This document shows positions 19,344 to 29,118 of a stretch of 64,000 nt of DNA, one piece after another. How positions within the stretch are numbered: the stretch's first letter is position 1; each line of letters opens with the position of its first letter. This stretch comes from an uncultured delta proteobacterium. GTDB taxonomy: Bacteria > Desulfobacterota > Binatia > UBA9968. A program made the position numbers and the translations under genes. The notes under the pieces are model-generated. The model made no database searches. It had not been told where the DNA came from and worked only from the letters and a program-made list of their open reading frames with translations. Location of the stretch: NCBI GenBank assembly GCA_963816145.1, contig CAWFJP010000014.1, positions 448,001 through 512,000 of the forward strand, written 5' to 3'.

Positions 19344-19359
19344 AGCAATTGCGATGCCA
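19344..19359 (-). promoter_or_regulatory. sigma54 -24/-12 promoter (copy 2)
   Basis: TGGCATCGCAATTGCT, part of an 18-bp exact match to 18250-18267. Confidence 0.85.
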
Positions 19360-19641
19360 GCTGAATTGGCCGTCGTCATTTCGATATCTCATGAAATTTG
19401 ATTAGATAAGTCGGGCGTTCATCGCTGCAATATCAAACACCATGACCATCAACCTGATCATGACCGCGAATAAGGCGCTTAAATTGTCGAGCGTGATCGA
19501 GCGATGCAAAAATCCACGTGGCGATGCGATTTGCTACACTGTTAACAGGGCCGGCTGCATTATCGTGGGTATGGCGATACCATCTGTTCCCTCGGTGATA
19601 TTGACGTGCGGTATCAATCTGTGTCGATCCTATTAAAACGA

Positions 19642-21183
19642 ATGCGGCTTGGAACAAAACTTATAATCGGTCTGGTTTTCGCTTTAATCGTCATCATGCT
19701 TGTCCATGGCTATCTAAGCCTGCGCCAAGACCAGGAAAATATGACCCGGGAAATGCGCGTAGGCATGTTGGGATTGGCCCGCACCGTTCGAGTTGCGCTG
19801 CAGCATGCTTATGGTGACGAGGGTAATCTACGGGCGACCCAAAGCTTGATCGACGGCATCGGCCGTCCTGGTAACATTCATGGATTGGTCATCTATGATC
19901 CCGCCGGTAAGCGGGCAGCTATATCTGTCTCCTTGATCGACACCGGCAGTGTGCCAAATCTCGATCCGGCACCGGTTTTGAGTATCGATCCCGGTCCAAC
20001 GTTGGCGGATGGGGAAAGTCGGGAGGGTTTCATCGAACACCCTGCGCACCCGGTATATTTTCGAATCGAGCCGATAATGGACAGTCAGAATCACGTCGCT
20101 GGTGCTGTCGTTGTCGGGCGGCGCGGCTTGGGTTTGCCCGACGTTCTGGAATCTCGGCGCGATCGTATCCTGGTAACTACCGGAACTTTGATCGTTGTTA
20201 TGTCACTGTCGATTTTGATAATTGTACGGCGCAATATTTCACGGCCAATCGAGCTGCTCATCGAGCGTATTCGGAACGTCGGGATTGGACCCTGGGATCG
20301 GCGAGTGCCGGTTGAAGGAAACAACGAGATCAGTTTGCTCGCCCGTGAGTTTAATCAAATGTGTGAACGCCTCCAGGATTTGTACGCGTCGTTGGCTCGG
20401 GAAAAGCAGGACAGGGCTGGATTGGAACGAAACCTGCGCCAATCGGAAAAGTTGGCTTCGGTAGGCCAACTCGCGGCCGGGCTGGCCCATGAAATTGGCA
20501 CGCCGCTCAATATCATCGGCGGCCGGGCCGATTTTCTTCTGCGGCGACAGCGCAGTGCAGCGGAGATTAGCGATAATCTACAGACTATTCATTCGCAAAT
20601 TGATCGGATAGCGGGCATTGTGCGCCAGCTTTTGGAGTTTTCCCGGCGGCGCGAGCCGGCAATCCGCGCCGTCGAACTCAAACCTCTGATCGAAAAAATC
20701 GCCAGTCTTCTTGAACATAAAATCGCCGAAAGAAAGGTTTCAGTCGATTATCAAATCCCGGCTGGCTTGCCATGCATTGCTGGCGATCCTGACCAACTGC
20801 AGCAAGTCTTTCTCAACCTTTTCCTGAACGCACTCCATGCGCTGCCGCCGAACGGGCAAATTCGCATCCGTGCTAAGCTGGTTGAGAGCGGAGCGGTCAG
20901 CATTCCCGTGGAGGACGCGCAGCGTGGACTGCAGGTTGAGTTTGAGGATAACGGAACTGGCATTCCAGCTCATCAAATTGGTCAGGTGTTCGATCCATTC
21001 TTTACGACCAAGGACGTCGGCGAGGGTACGGGGCTCGGCCTGTCAGTAAGCTATGGTATCATCAAGGACCACGGCGGCGAAATTAGGGTGGACAGCCAGG
21101 TCGGTCAATTCACTCGTTTTACGATATTTCTTCCGTCGCAACTAGATCTGTCTGCCAAGCCTGAGGCGGTGATTATTCAATGA
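19642..21183 (+). CDS. Membrane sensor histidine kinase with HAMP domain (NtrB/ZraS-like)
   Basis: Two TMs flanking a periplasmic domain; LAHEIGTPL, QVFLNL..NA, DNGTG, FDPFFTTK, GTGLGL. Confidence 0.95.
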   Translation: MRLGTKLIIGLVFALIVIMLVHGYLSLRQDQENMTREMRVGMLGLARTVRVALQHAYGDEGNLRATQSLIDGIGRPGNIHGLVIYDPAGKRAAISVSLIDTGSVPNLDPAPVLSIDPGPTLADGESREGFIEHPAHPVYFRIEPIMDSQNHVAGAVVVGRRGLGLPDVLESRRDRILVTTGTLIVVMSLSILIIVRRNISRPIELLIERIRNVGIGPWDRRVPVEGNNEISLLAREFNQMCERLQDLYASLAREKQDRAGLERNLRQSEKLASVGQLAAGLAHEIGTPLNIIGGRADFLLRRQRSAAEISDNLQTIHSQIDRIAGIVRQLLEFSRRREPAIRAVELKPLIEKIASLLEHKIAERKVSVDYQIPAGLPCIAGDPDQLQQVFLNLFLNALHALPPNGQIRIRAKLVESGAVSIPVEDAQRGLQVEFEDNGTGIPAHQIGQVFDPFFTTKDVGEGTGLGLSVSYGIIKDHGGEIRVDSQVGQFTRFTIFLPSQLDLSAKPEAVIIQ

Positions 21184-22568
21184 CACAACCCCAGTTAAAG
21201 TCGAAATCCCAGGCCGGTCGGATTCTCGTTGTCGACGACGATCACGCAATGTGCCAATTGCTCTACGATTTACTACGTGATGAAGGATATGACGTCGACG
21301 TAGCGTACGATGGAGGCTCAGCTCTCGAGAAATATCGACTCGCACCATTCGATTTGGCGATCACCGATCTGATGATGCCGAGGATGAAAGGTGTGGAGCT
21401 GGTCTCTCGATTCAGGCAGGTTGACGGCGGCGCATTGGTCTTATTGATCACCGCTTTTGGCACCATTGAGAGCGCGGTTGAAGCGATGCGGGCCGGAGCT
21501 TTTCATTATGTTACCAAGCCATTTCACAATGATGAGATTCTGATCCAGGTTAAACGGGCGCTCGAGCAAAAGTCGCTCCGCGAAGAGGTTCAGCGTTTAC
21601 GCGACGCCGTCGACGCGCGCAACCGTTTTCAAAATGTTATTGGCCAATGCGACGCCATGCAACGGGTCTATGAGATCGTCGCGCAGATCAGTGATCTGCC
21701 GAACAACGTGTTGATTGAAGGCGAAAGCGGCACCGGCAAGGAATTGATCGCCCGCGCCATTCATCAAAATAGTTCGCGCGCGACGGGACCGTTTGTCGCG
21801 GTCAACTGCGCGGCCATTCCGGAAAACCTGCTTGAAAGCGAGCTGTTTGGTTACGTTCGAGGGGCTTTTACCGACGCGCGAAAAGATCGGCGCGGTTTGT
21901 TCCAAGAGGCCAGCAGCGGGATTCTTTTTCTCGATGAAATAGGAGAAATTCCCTTGTCCTTGCAAGCAAAGCTACTTCGCTTATTGGAAGACAAGGAAGT
22001 CCGTCCGCTGGGCGCCAATCAGAGCGAGAAAATCGATACCCGCATCGTGTCGGCGTCCAACCGCGATCTTGCAGATCAGGTACAGCAGGGAAAATTTAGG
22101 CGGGATCTTTATTATCGACTCAACGTCATTCGCATCGAACTGCCGGCCCTGCGCCAGCGCAGCCACGATATTCCATTGCTAGTGAATCATTTTCTACAAA
22201 AGTTCGCCGCCGGCGCGAATCACAAAGTCGACGGCGTTGCCGCCGATGCCATGGCCGCATTAAAGGCCTACGAATGGCCGGGTAACATCCGTGAACTTGA
22301 ACACACCATCGAAAGGGCGGTACTTCTGGGGAAAGGAGCTGTGATTGGGATGGACGATTTGCCGCCCGTCATGGCTAAAAAAGCTGAATTAGAGATTTTA
22401 ATGGCTCAGGGCATAGCCAAACAGTTCACGCTCGCCGATCTCGAACGGGAATATATCGGCAAAGTTTTAGAGTCGACTCAAGGCAATAAGACGGAAGCCG
22501 CTAAGATGCTTGGTGTCGACCGCACGACGCTCTATCGTAAGCTCGAAGAATATAAGATCAAGGAGTGA
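21180..22568 (+). CDS. sigma54-dependent response regulator (NtrC/AtoC family)
   Basis: REC VVDDD/TDLMMP; GESGTGKE; GAFTDA; WPGNIREL; Fis HTH; ATGA overlap with the kinase. Confidence 0.95.
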   Translation: MTQPQLKSKSQAGRILVVDDDHAMCQLLYDLLRDEGYDVDVAYDGGSALEKYRLAPFDLAITDLMMPRMKGVELVSRFRQVDGGALVLLITAFGTIESAVEAMRAGAFHYVTKPFHNDEILIQVKRALEQKSLREEVQRLRDAVDARNRFQNVIGQCDAMQRVYEIVAQISDLPNNVLIEGESGTGKELIARAIHQNSSRATGPFVAVNCAAIPENLLESELFGYVRGAFTDARKDRRGLFQEASSGILFLDEIGEIPLSLQAKLLRLLEDKEVRPLGANQSEKIDTRIVSASNRDLADQVQQGKFRRDLYYRLNVIRIELPALRQRSHDIPLLVNHFLQKFAAGANHKVDGVAADAMAALKAYEWPGNIRELEHTIERAVLLGKGAVIGMDDLPPVMAKKAELEILMAQGIAKQFTLADLEREYIGKVLESTQGNKTEAAKMLGVDRTTLYRKLEEYKIKE

Positions 22569-22937
22569 ATCATATTGTTAGAATCGTCGCGCCGGAATAT
22601 TCGTAAGAAACCACGCTTCGAAACATAATATAGAAACTGCTGCAGATGGCAAAACAACCGACACCAATTTGCTGCCGCAAGCGCTCAGTGATGAGCTGGT
22701 TTCGTGGTTGAGTTGACCCGCGAATAATGATTCGCTGGCTCGGGTCACAAGTGCAAGGGCCAAGTCGCTTTCGGAGCGATGATTATCCCAAAAACGCTAA
22801 TGGGCCGCTGGTTCAGCCTGCGGGCGCACGGCAATGGATAAAAGACCCGCCGCGAAAAATTCTTGAATTGGTTGCCGTCGATGTGCAATGGTTACTTCCA
22901 ATAACCGTAGCTTGCTGCGGTCGAGAAAGGTTCGCCA

Positions 22938-23897
22938 ATGAAACTCATTGCCACATACGGTGTCCTGCGCCGAAAAATCTCTCCTGCAGCTTTCTACTGG
23001 ATGTTTGTTTTGCTTCTGACCTGCCTCAATGGCGGGGAAGCCGAAGCGCAAACCTCGAAGAGCGCTGAGGTTAAAGCGATTCATCTGGGATTAGTCTCCG
23101 AGATCAACAAGGCGGCCATTGAAGAGCAATTTCGCGACTTCGTCCGCTATGTATCACGGCGGATCGCACCGGGTTCGGAGACGGATGACAAAGTGATCAT
23201 TGCGCCGACACCCTTCGAGCTCGCCAAGCTGCTGGAGCAACGGCGGGTGGATTACTATTTTGAAAGCGTCTATCCGACCTACACGATCAACTACGTTCAC
23301 AACGCCGGCAAGATGCTATTGCGGCGCTGGAAAGGCGGCGCGTCGGAGTATCAGAGTATGATCTTCACCAAGCGCGACGGCGGCATCAAGCAGCTTGCCG
23401 ATCTTCGCGGTAAGATGATGATCTTCGAGGACCCCGGTTCGACCTCCGGCTATCTGATGCCGAAACTTTTCATGTCGCGCAACGGTTTCAAACTGGTGGA
23501 GAAAAAGAGCTACGATCCGAACGCGGTGCCGACAGATATTCAGTATTCCTTCGCTTACTTGCGCAGCAAGCTGATCGAGGCGGTGCTGACCAAGCAAGTT
23601 GCCGCGGGGGCGATCAGCGACGATGACTACGCGGGGCTGGATGAAAAGCGAAAGTCGGAGATGGTCATTCTCGCCGAGACCGAAAAGCTGCCGCGTCATT
23701 TGGTTTCCGTGCGCATCGATCTCGCCCCGCAGACTGTCGGTAAGCTCAACGACCTGCTGGTGGCGATGCATGACGATGCCGAAGGCCAGCGCATTCTCAA
23801 GAAAACCGATCAAACCACCAAGTTCGATCCCCTACCCGGGGGCGAGGCTGCACTGAAGAAACGGCTATTGGATAGCTTTTATACTCCGGCGAGATAA
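22938..23897 (+). CDS. Phosphate/phosphite/phosphonate ABC substrate-binding protein (PhnD-like)
   Basis: Y.S.IF...D, DLRGK, STSGYL.P motif. Confidence 0.88.
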   Translation: MKLIATYGVLRRKISPAAFYWMFVLLLTCLNGGEAEAQTSKSAEVKAIHLGLVSEINKAAIEEQFRDFVRYVSRRIAPGSETDDKVIIAPTPFELAKLLEQRRVDYYFESVYPTYTINYVHNAGKMLLRRWKGGASEYQSMIFTKRDGGIKQLADLRGKMMIFEDPGSTSGYLMPKLFMSRNGFKLVEKKSYDPNAVPTDIQYSFAYLRSKLIEAVLTKQVAAGAISDDDYAGLDEKRKSEMVILAETEKLPRHLVSVRIDLAPQTVGKLNDLLVAMHDDAEGQRILKKTDQTTKFDPLPGGEAALKKRLLDSFYTPAR

Positions 23898-24040
23898 TAA
23901 TCGACAGCGCGTTGGGTTGTCTCGAAACCGAGCAACCCCATCCTGATCACCATATTCGTCATTCTCCGATTTGCGGAATGGCGATAATTGTACGGCACGG
24001 CAATTAGCCGTACTTAGGCGGGGAACGCCGCGTCGGTCTG

Positions 24041-24229
24041 TCAGGGCAAAATTTCTAATGCGAGTTCGCGGGCGCGGCGGGCGTGGACGATGCCGACGCG
24101 AAAGCGGTGTTTGGCGCCTTCTTCGGCGTTGGGGCTGCCGTTTGCCGAAGTGAAATCGTCATAAAATGCCTTGAAAAGATTTTCGACGGCTTGGCCGTAG
24201 GCACGCTCGATGGCGTCTTGTTCATTCAT
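24041..24229 (-). CDS. Small hypothetical protein (62 aa)
   Basis: AAGGA RBS then ATG; amphipathic helical sequence MNEQDAIERAYGQAVENLF... Confidence 0.6.
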   Translation of the reverse strand: MNEQDAIERAYGQAVENLFKAFYDDFTSANGSPNAEEGAKHRFRVGIVHARRARELALEILP

Positions 24230-24322
24230 GGTAATTCCTTTTTTGACTTGATCTGTAACCACCGCCTGGCGGCTGTCGTGTCGAACAACCTAGCGCGACA
24301 CCGCTGCTCAATCCACTTCCAG

Positions 24323-25456
24323 CTATCCGAGCGCACCAATCTCCGCCATGCTGGCGTCGAACGTGATGCGTTGGTTCTGTTCCGGGGAGCGCAAGATCCA
24401 GAAGGGATCTTTACCATGCTGCACGGCGTCGATGGACTCCATGATCAGGTTGCGCAGCAAGATGACACCTTCATCGGCGGCGCCTAAATGTTCTTTGCTG
24501 CGGTCGTAAATCGGCCCCTGGGTTTCCTGGGCGACGCGGTCCTGGTCGTGCGAGGCGACGCGCCACCAGCCGTCGTCGACACGCGTATAAACACCCGGCT
24601 TGTCGTCTTCAAAGCCGATGGTTTTCATCACCAGCGGCTTGCCGACGTCGCCGTCGGTGTACGGCGTGAAGCGCAGCCAAAACGTCATCGTTTTGGTGTC
24701 GTCGGTGGGCACGCGGAAGCGGATCGCGTGATCCGGTATTCGACCTTTGCGCGCGGTGGTATGGCGCGTGTGCGATGGGAAGACCCAGTGCGAATGTTTT
24801 GGCTTGGAGACGTCCGGCACATGCATGGTGATCTTGGCGCCGTAGGCGGTTTTCTGCCAGCCGATTTCGGGCCGCTTCAGAGCCATCTGCGGATACTCCG
24901 GCGCGTGCAGTGCTACCAGATGGGTCTGGTCGACCGAGTTCTCGGCGCGCTGCAACCAATTGCAGTATTCCGTTCCAGCACCGACCACCCGCTCGCCGTT
25001 TTCCACTAGCAATAAATCGTAGCGCGGTAACAGCGGCGCTGGATCGGGACCGATGTAGGCGAAGATAAATCCGCCGAGCTCCTGAACCTGATAGGCCGGA
25101 TGTTTGATCCGGTCTTTGAATGTGCTGTCGGCAGGTTCGGCGGGCTGCTCCAGACAACGGCCTTTTATATCGTAGAGCCAGCCGTGATAGCAGCAGCGGA
25201 TGCCCGCGTCCTCGACCCGGCCGAATTCTAAAGACGTGCCACGGTGCGAACAGTGCAAATCGACCATGCCGAGGTTGCCCGCGCCATCGCGGAAGAGCAC
25301 GAAGTCTTCACCCAGCAGTCGAGCGGGCACCGGACTGCTTTTGGTTTTGACATGTTCGGTAAACCCCACCGGCCACCAGTAGCGGCGCAGCATTGTTCCA
25401 GCCGGCGTGCCGGGGCCGACTCGGGTTATGGTTTCGTTTTCTTCGCGGGATAGCAT
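24323..25456 (-). CDS. Rieske non-heme iron oxygenase alpha subunit (phthalate 4,5-dioxygenase/VanA-like)
   Basis: CSH...CCYHGW; ENSVDQTHLVALH; QD; RBS GAGGAG. Confidence 0.92.
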   Translation of the reverse strand: MLSREENETITRVGPGTPAGTMLRRYWWPVGFTEHVKTKSSPVPARLLGEDFVLFRDGAGNLGMVDLHCSHRGTSLEFGRVEDAGIRCCYHGWLYDIKGRCLEQPAEPADSTFKDRIKHPAYQVQELGGFIFAYIGPDPAPLLPRYDLLLVENGERVVGAGTEYCNWLQRAENSVDQTHLVALHAPEYPQMALKRPEIGWQKTAYGAKITMHVPDVSKPKHSHWVFPSHTRHTTARKGRIPDHAIRFRVPTDDTKTMTFWLRFTPYTDGDVGKPLVMKTIGFEDDKPGVYTRVDDGWWRVASHDQDRVAQETQGPIYDRSKEHLGAADEGVILLRNLIMESIDAVQHGKDPFWILRSPEQNQRITFDASMAEIGALG

Positions 25457-25469
25457 TGCGCGGACTCCT

Positions 25470-25545
25470 CGTTCCAATAGTTCCAGATGTTCCAGTGGTT
25501 CGCAGGCATGTATTCGTGCAAGTGTTCAAGGTTCAAGCGTTCAAC
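25470..25545. repeat. 9-bp NGTTCCANN array followed by gttcaag units
   Basis: cgttccaat agttccaga tgttccagt ggttcgcag ... gttcaaggttcaagcgttcaa. Confidence 0.75.
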
Positions 25546-25567
25546 CGGACCGGATTTATCCGGCGGC

Positions 25568-26659
25568 TCATGAACCTTTTAAGATCTTTGCCAACTCCTC
25601 TTTGAACTGTAGCCCCTCGGCGTCTTCGTTTTTCAGGTAATAGCTGATCGACAGCTTGGGCTCCTGGACGGCGACTTTGTTTTCCTTGAGATACTTTTGC
25701 ATCAGGGTGCCTTCGACCAGATGGGAGCTGCGCGATTCGTGCTTTTGCATGATTTCTTGAGCTTCGCGGGTCGCCATAAAAGCGGCGAATAGTTTTGCCG
25801 AGTTCGGATGCACGGCGTTTTTCGGCACACTCAATTGAAAGTAATCGGTGTTGATCGGTGTGACTCCGGGCACGGCGACCAGCGGCGCGCCTTTGGGCTG
25901 CCATGACCACATGGCGCTGAGCGCATCGCCGAAGTTGGCCATGATCGGAAATTCGCCGCTAACGACGCGCTCTTCTTCACTGTAGCGCAAGCGTCCGCCG
26001 CTCAGCGCGACCAACTTGCGCGCGTAATCTTTGACCTTCTCTTGACCCCAAACGAGCGAAAGTTCGGCGAGCCAGGCTACGTAAGGCGGTATTGCGATCT
26101 TGCCGGCCCAGGCTTGGCTTAACTTCGGGTCCACCAAGTCGGCATAGTTTTTCGGCGCCTTATCTTTGGGAATCAAATCTTTGTTGTAGACGATACCGTT
26201 GGGCGAAGTGTAGGTCAGCACGGTTTCACCGGGAAAGATTTCCATCTCCTTGGTCACCCAAGAAAAAATTCCCGCGTAATTGACCCTCTCCAGCGCATTT
26301 TCCTTGTGCAGCAGCGCTTGATGAGATTGCGAACCGAGAAAAATATCCGATGATACTTTGCGCCCGGCTTTGATCTCGGTAATATGGCGTGCCGCCCGCG
26401 CGTTCATGTCGGGGCCAGCCGCGAAGTTGATTTTGGTTTTGAGTCCGAAGCGTTTGTTGAATGCCACCTCGATGTCGGCGAGTCCTTTGCGTCCGCCGAA
26501 CGTTTGGGCGCCGGCGATGAAAGTAATCTCGTCCTCGGTTTTCGCGCCAGCGACGAGCGATTGTAGAGTGTCGGCGGCGTTCACGTAAGGGACGCTCAAC
26601 AGAATTAACGCGAGCTGTAACAATCTAAAGCGGAAAACTTTGATGACGGACTGTTTCAT
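25568..26659 (-). CDS. Extracellular solute-binding protein (AfuA-like)
   Basis: Signal peptide; IVYNK, PKNYADLVDP, HPNSAKLF. Confidence 0.85.
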   Translation of the reverse strand: MKQSVIKVFRFRLLQLALILLSVPYVNAADTLQSLVAGAKTEDEITFIAGAQTFGGRKGLADIEVAFNKRFGLKTKINFAAGPDMNARAARHITEIKAGRKVSSDIFLGSQSHQALLHKENALERVNYAGIFSWVTKEMEIFPGETVLTYTSPNGIVYNKDLIPKDKAPKNYADLVDPKLSQAWAGKIAIPPYVAWLAELSLVWGQEKVKDYARKLVALSGGRLRYSEEERVVSGEFPIMANFGDALSAMWSWQPKGAPLVAVPGVTPINTDYFQLSVPKNAVHPNSAKLFAAFMATREAQEIMQKHESRSSHLVEGTLMQKYLKENKVAVQEPKLSISYYLKNEDAEGLQFKEELAKILKGS

Positions 26660-26740
26660 TACTTTCTCCCGATAGAGGTTTTCAATTTCAAGCCGAGGGG
26701 TTCTGAATGTGTAGTCTTATTCGGCACGCTTTCTCAATGT

Positions 26741-26825
26741 CGTCATTCCGGCGATAGCGGGAATCCAGGATTTAGTCCCTGGCCTAAAGGGACGAACCTG
26801 GATGCCCGCCTGCGCGGGCATGACG
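26741..26825. repeat. gtcattccgg/ctggat REP-like inverted pair
   Basis: cgtcattccggcgatagcgggaatccag ... ctggatgcccgcctgcgcgggcatgacg. Confidence 0.85.
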
Positions 26826-26858
26826 AAGGGGATAATCAGGTCATCGATAAAAAGGCCA

Positions 26859-28013
26859 TCACGCAACCTGAATTTCTCCAGGAACGATGGTGATCATTTG
26901 GTTCTTGGCTGGATCGCGCACGACGCCGACCGGGTCTTCACCGTTTTGCACGGCCTCGATGCAGTCCCGGAACATGCGGCGCAGTTGAATCACACCTTCG
27001 TCGGAGACGCCGAGATGCTCGCCGCTACGGTCAAAGATCGCCCCCTGGCTTTCCTGGGCGCAGCGGTCCTGATCGCCGCGGGCGATCCAGCCGGTCGCTT
27101 CGTCCCAACGGTACTTGCCGAGAACACTGTCGCCCAAGCCTTCGGCGGATTGGTCCTTGGGAATCTTCACTGTCGCTTTGCCGTTTACAATCGGTGCGAA
27201 GTAGAGGGTGAAATGCATCGTGTTGGTATCATCCACCGGCACGCGCCAGCGCAGCGCTTCGTAGCCTTCATGGGTCGCCGCGAAGGCGGCGGGGTGATCT
27301 TCGTTCAGGTGATAGCCGACTTTGTTCATATTGGGGAACAAGAAAAAACTCTTGGTCATGAACGAGCCTGCGGCGACGGTGCGCGTGAAGGTCGCTTTGA
27401 TGCCGAATTCAAATGGATCGGATGTCAGCGTTTCACCTGACCACAAGCTCGTTTTGGGCGTGCGGTGCAGCCATTTGAAGTGATGTTGGTCGACGCTGTT
27501 TTCGACCGCTTGGAGAAAGTTGCAGTGCATCACGCGCCCAGCCATGGCGCGCACGCCGTCATCACGCACCAGCACATCCCAACGAGGCAACAGCGGCGCG
27601 GGTTCGGGACCGAGATAGGCGAACAACATCCCGGCCAGCTCTTCGAGCTTGTAGGATTTTTGTTTGAGGCGATCTTTGTAGGTGCTGTCGGCGGGCTCGC
27701 CGGGCATTTGCAGAATTCTTCCTTCGGTGTTGAACAGCCAACCATGGTAGCAGCAGCGCAGGCCGCCATCTTCGACATGGCCGAACTCCAATGACGTGCC
27801 GCGGTGCGGGCAACGCAGAGTCAGAATGCCGAGTTTGCCGTGATCGTCGCGGAATAAAACCAAATCTTCGCCGAGCAACCGCCGGCGCAATGGCCGTCCC
27901 TTAAGTTCACTGGCAAAACCGATGGGATGCCAGTAACGCCGCATCATATCGCCGCCGGGCGTGCCCGGGCCGACGTGAGTGATGAGTTCATTTTCAGCGA
28001 TGCTGAGGGACAT
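26859..28013 (-). CDS. Rieske non-heme iron oxygenase alpha subunit (paralog)
   Basis: CPH...CCYHGW; ENSVDQHHFKWLH; QD; the alternative upstream ATG28043 lies inside a repeat. Confidence 0.92.
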   Translation of the reverse strand: MSLSIAENELITHVGPGTPGGDMMRRYWHPIGFASELKGRPLRRRLLGEDLVLFRDDHGKLGILTLRCPHRGTSLEFGHVEDGGLRCCYHGWLFNTEGRILQMPGEPADSTYKDRLKQKSYKLEELAGMLFAYLGPEPAPLLPRWDVLVRDDGVRAMAGRVMHCNFLQAVENSVDQHHFKWLHRTPKTSLWSGETLTSDPFEFGIKATFTRTVAAGSFMTKSFFLFPNMNKVGYHLNEDHPAAFAATHEGYEALRWRVPVDDTNTMHFTLYFAPIVNGKATVKIPKDQSAEGLGDSVLGKYRWDEATGWIARGDQDRCAQESQGAIFDRSGEHLGVSDEGVIQLRRMFRDCIEAVQNGEDPVGVVRDPAKNQMITIVPGEIQVA

Positions 28014-28036
28014 GGGGTGGTTCCAGAATCTTTCGT

Positions 28037-28123
28037 CCGTCATACCGGCGCAAGCCGGTTTCCATCGTGGTCTTCGCTACGTCCGCATAATAACCTGGAT
28101 TCCGGCTTTCGCCGGAATGACGG
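28037..28123. repeat. gtcattccgg-family inverted pair
   Basis: ccgtcataccggcgcaagccggtttcca ... tggattccggctttcgccggaatgacgg. Confidence 0.85.
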
Positions 28124-28177
28124 AACAGAGTTTTGTGCGCGGTACGCTGGCGTAACATTTCGCAGGTTATTACCAAT

Positions 28178-28939
28178 TTAACGGATTCCCTTTCGCTCGA
28201 GAAAGGCTTTGAAGCCCTCGCGTGGCGAATTGGCTTTGAGTTTGTTTTTTCGAGCATTCTGCTCAGCGTCGAAGCGCTCGCGCCACAAGGTGCCGACGCC
28301 GTCGTCGAGGAGTTTTTTTATGCCCTGGACCATGCGCGGATCGTTTGCGCCGATCTGTTTGGCCATGGCGATCGAGCTGTCGAGCAGTTGCGCGCTGGTC
28401 ACGACTTGATTGAGCAGGCCGATCCGTTCGGCTTCTTCGGCGCGTACCGGCCGGCCGGTATAGAGCAGCTCTTTTGCCTTGGGTATGCCTACCACTAGGG
28501 GCAGGGACCAGGTCGAGTTGGCACGGCCATACTTGGCGGCGAGGAATTGAATTTCGGTGTTTTCGCAGCCGATGCGGATGTCGAGCATGGTCGTCAGCTG
28601 GGCGCCGGCGCCGTAGGCGATGCCGTTGATGGCGCCGATGATCGGCTTGGTGAATGTCGCCAGGTGCCAGTTCATCTCGCGCCGTTTGTCCATCCGCGCG
28701 GCCATTTCTTCCGGTGTCGATTTGACCATCTGGTGAATGTCGCCGCCGGAAGAAAACGCCCGCGGTCCGGCGCCGGTGAGGACCACGCAGCGCACTTTGT
28801 CGTCGCCTTCGATGTTGCAGAGTTCTTCATCGAGGTCGGACGCCAGTTCGTAGCTCATGGCGTTCAACTTTTCCGGTCGATTCAATGTGATCACGGCGAC
28901 CGTATCGACGCGCTCACTCAAAATGTTTTGGTAAGCCAT
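28178..28939 (-). CDS. Enoyl-CoA hydratase/isomerase family protein
   Basis: TLNRPEKLNA, FSSGGD, KPIIGAING, AEEAERIGLLN; RBS AAGGAG. Confidence 0.9.
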   Translation of the reverse strand: MAYQNILSERVDTVAVITLNRPEKLNAMSYELASDLDEELCNIEGDDKVRCVVLTGAGPRAFSSGGDIHQMVKSTPEEMAARMDKRREMNWHLATFTKPIIGAINGIAYGAGAQLTTMLDIRIGCENTEIQFLAAKYGRANSTWSLPLVVGIPKAKELLYTGRPVRAEEAERIGLLNQVVTSAQLLDSSIAMAKQIGANDPRMVQGIKKLLDDGVGTLWRERFDAEQNARKNKLKANSPREGFKAFLERKGIR

Positions 28940-29007
28940 TCAGTTTCTCCTTCAGTGTGGCCACATTAGAACAAAAAGGCGCGAACGGCGCAATCGAGGG
29001 ATAAAAT

Positions 29008-29112
29008 ACAGAGAGTTGAGATAGAGATTTGAGACAGAGATTCGGACCGGTCTGCTCTTATAGCGAGCGGCGCTGGGTTTGTCTTACTTCTCTATCTCAA
29101 TTCTCTATCTCA
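29008..29112. repeat. Inverted (gaga)-rich periodic array
   Basis: agagagttgagatagagatttgagacagaga ... tctctatctcaattctctatctc. Confidence 0.7.
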
Positions 29113-29118
29113 TTCTGA

